From Somniosus microcephalus (taxonomy: Eukaryota): 64,000 bases of DNA. The stretch spans positions 40,362,001 through 40,426,000 of the forward strand of contig JBMRGM010000038.1 in NCBI GenBank assembly GCA_052327205.1. The letters are read 5' to 3'. Shown one piece after another: positions 61,601 to 64,000 of the stretch (its first letter is position 1; each line of letters starts with the position of its first letter). Below the pieces are notes generated by a model. It searched no databases and was not told where the DNA came from. It saw nothing but the letters and a program-made list of their open reading frames with translations. A program made the position numbers and the translations under genes.

Positions 61601-64000
61601 CAGGGGGCGGGGCTGGGGTTACCAGGGGGCGGGGCTGGGGTTACCAGGCGGCGGGGCTGAGGGTTACCAGGGGGCAGGGCTGGTGTTACCAGGGAGCGGG
61701 GCTGGGGTTACCAGGGGGCGGGGCTGGGGTTACCAGGGGGCGGGGCTGGGGTTACCAGGGGGCGGGGCTGGGGTTACCAGGGGGCAGGGCTGAGGTTACC
61801 AGGGGGCGGGGCTGGGGTTACCAGGGAGCGGGGCTGGGGTTACCAGGGGGCGGGGCTGGGGTTACCAGGGGGGCGGGGCTGGGGTTACCAGGCGGCGGGG
61901 CTGAGGGTCACCAGGGGGCAGGGCTGGGGTTACCAGGCGGCGGGGCTGAGGGTTACCAGGGGGCGGGGCTGGGGTTACCAGGGAGCGGACCTGAGGGTTA
62001 CCAGGGGGCGGGGCTGGGGTTACCAGGGGGCGGGGCTGGGGTTACCAGGGTGCGGGGCTGGGGTTACCAGGGTGCGGGGCTGGGGTTACCAGGGAGCGGG
62101 GCTGGGGTTACCAGGGGGCGGGGCTGGGGTTACAAGGGGGCGGGGCTGGGGTTACCGGGGGCGGGGCTGAGGTTACCGGGGGCGGGGCTGGGGTGACCAG
62201 GTGGCGGGGCTGGGGTTATCAGGGGGCAGGGCTGTAGGTTACCAGGGGGCGGGGCTGGGGTTACCAGGGAGCGGGGCTGGGGTTACCAGGGGGCGGGGCT
62301 GATGGTTTCCAGGGGGTGGGGCTGGGGTTACCAGGGGGCGGGGCGGGGCTGTGGTTACCAGGGGGCTGGGGTTGCCAGGGTGCGGGGCTGGGGTTACCAG
62401 GGGGCAGGGCTGGGGTTACCGGGGGCGGGGCTGGGGTTACCAGGGGGCGGGGCTGGGGTTACCAGGGTGCGAGGCTGGGGTTACCAGGGAGCGGGGCTGG
62501 GGTTACCAGGGGGCAGGGCTGGGGTTACCAGGGAGCGGGGCTGGGGTTACCAGGGGGCGGGGCTGGGGTTACCAGGGGGCAGGGCAGGGGTTACAAGGGA
62601 GCGGGGCTGGGGTTACCAGGGGGCGGGGCTGAGGGTTACCAGGGGGCAGGGCTGGGGGTTACCAGGTGGCGGGGCTGGGGTTACCAGGGGGCAGGGCTGG
62701 GGTTACCAGGGGGCAGGGCTGGGGTTGCCAGGGGGCGGGGCTGGGGTTACCAGGGGGCGTGGCTGGGGTTACCAGGGGGCGGGGCTGGGGGTACCAGGGG
62801 GCGGGGCTGGGGAGGGTTACCAGGGGGCGGGGCTGGGTAGGGTTACCACGGAGCGGGGCTGAGGGTTACCAGTGGGCGGGGCTGGGGAGGGTTACCAGGG
62901 GGCGGGGCTGGGTAGGGTTACCAGGGAGCGGGGCTGAGGGTTACCAGGGGGCGGGGCTGGGGTTACTGGGGGCGGGGCTGAGGTTACCAGTGGGCGGGGC
63001 TGGGGTTACCAGGGGGCAGGGCTGGTGTTACCAGGGAGCGGGGCTGGGGTTACCAGGGGGCGGGGCTGGGGTTACCAGGGGGCGGGGCTGGGGTTACCAG
63101 GGGGGTGGGGCTGGGGTTACCAGGCGGCGGGGCTGAGGGTTACCAGGGGGCGGGGCTGGGGTTACCAGGGGGCGGGGCTGGGGTTACCAGGGGGGCGGGG
63201 CTGGGGTTACCAGGGGGCGGGGCTGAGGGTTACCAGGCGGCGGGGTTGGAGTTACCAGGGAGCGGGGCTGGGGTTACCAGGGGGCGGGGCTGGGGTTACC
63301 AGGGGGCGGGGCTGGGGTTACCAGGGTGCGGGGCTGGGGTTACCAGGGAGCGGGGCTGGGGTTACCAGGGGGCGGGGCTGGGGTTACAAGGGGGCGGGGC
63401 TGGGGTTGCCAGGGGCGGGGCTGGGGTTACCAGGGGGCGGGGCTGGGGTTACCAGGGGGCGGGGCTGTGGTTACCAGGGGGCGAGGCTGGGGTTCCCAGG
63501 GAGCGGGGCTGGGGTTGCCTGGGGCGTGTCTAGGGTTACCGGGGGCGGGGCTGAGGTTACCAGGGGGCGAGGCTGGGGAGGGTTACCAGGGGGCGGGGCT
63601 GGGTAGGGTTACCAGGGAGCGGGGCTGAGGGTTACCAGGGGGCGGGGCTGGGGTTACCAGGCGGCGGGGCTGAGGGTTACCAGGGGGCAGGGCTGGGGTT
63701 ACCAGGGGGCGGGGCTGGGGTTACCAGGGAGCGGGGCTGGGGTTACCAGGGGGCGGGGCTGGGGTTACCAGGGGGCGGGGCTGAGGTTACCAGGGGGCGG
63801 GGCTGGGGTTACCAGGGAGCGGAGCTGAGGGTTACCAGGGGGAGGGGCTGGGGTTACCAAGGGGCTGGGCTCGGGTTACCAGGGGGCGGGGCTGGGGTTA
63901 CCAGGGGGCGGGGCTGGGGAGGGTTACCACGGAGCGGGGCTGAGGGTTACCAGTGGGCGGGGCTGGGGAGGGTTACCAGGGGGCGGGGCTGGGGTTACCA
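52700..64000 (+). repeat. G-rich 22-bp satellite (GGGGTTACCAGGGGGCGGGGCT)n, over 11 kb, running off the window
   Basis: Unit read directly; many variant monomers; extreme G-strand bias. Confidence 0.97.
59715..60214. other. Assembly gap (500 N)
   Basis: Run of N; the round length suggests a scaffolding gap of unknown true size. Confidence 0.97.

Noticed and set aside
52426-63628. Many Gly-rich ORFs (GAGLGLPGGGAGVTRGRGWGYQ) resembling elastin, silk or egg-case proteins
   Set aside because: They are translations of a 22-bp (non-triplet) satellite that cycle through all three frames, with frequent indels and no signal peptide or exon structure

Overview
Vertebrate genomic DNA. The repeat content (CR1, L2 and RTE LINEs, Penelope-like elements, Deu-domain and V-domain tRNA SINEs) points to a cartilaginous fish such as a shark. 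The one clearly recognisable gene is an MB21D2-like (Mab-21/cGAS-like nucleotidyltransferase fold) gene on the + strand. It has coding exons 26381-26588 and 38287-39551 (490 aa), a ZNF143/NRF1-type CpG promoter near 21 kb, and a probable ~7.5 kb 3' UTR that opens with a 35-bp hairpin minisatellite. Upstream is an unexplained 4.3-kb uninterrupted ORF (2678-6958) made of about 80 diverged 45-bp/15-aa His/Ser/Pro repeats behind a candidate RVxF motif. Mobile DNA includes a complete non-autonomous Helitron (7741-9029) carrying a promoter-like module and splice donor, two further Helitron 3' ends nested in solo LTRs, a 1.5-kb solo LTR, Harbinger- and Tigger-like MITEs, and Penelope copies with hammerhead motifs. 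The last ~11.3 kb is a strand-asymmetric G-rich 22-bp satellite with higher-order duplications and a 500-N gap. Family assignments were made by eye without database searches, and repeat boundaries without stated TSDs are approximate.
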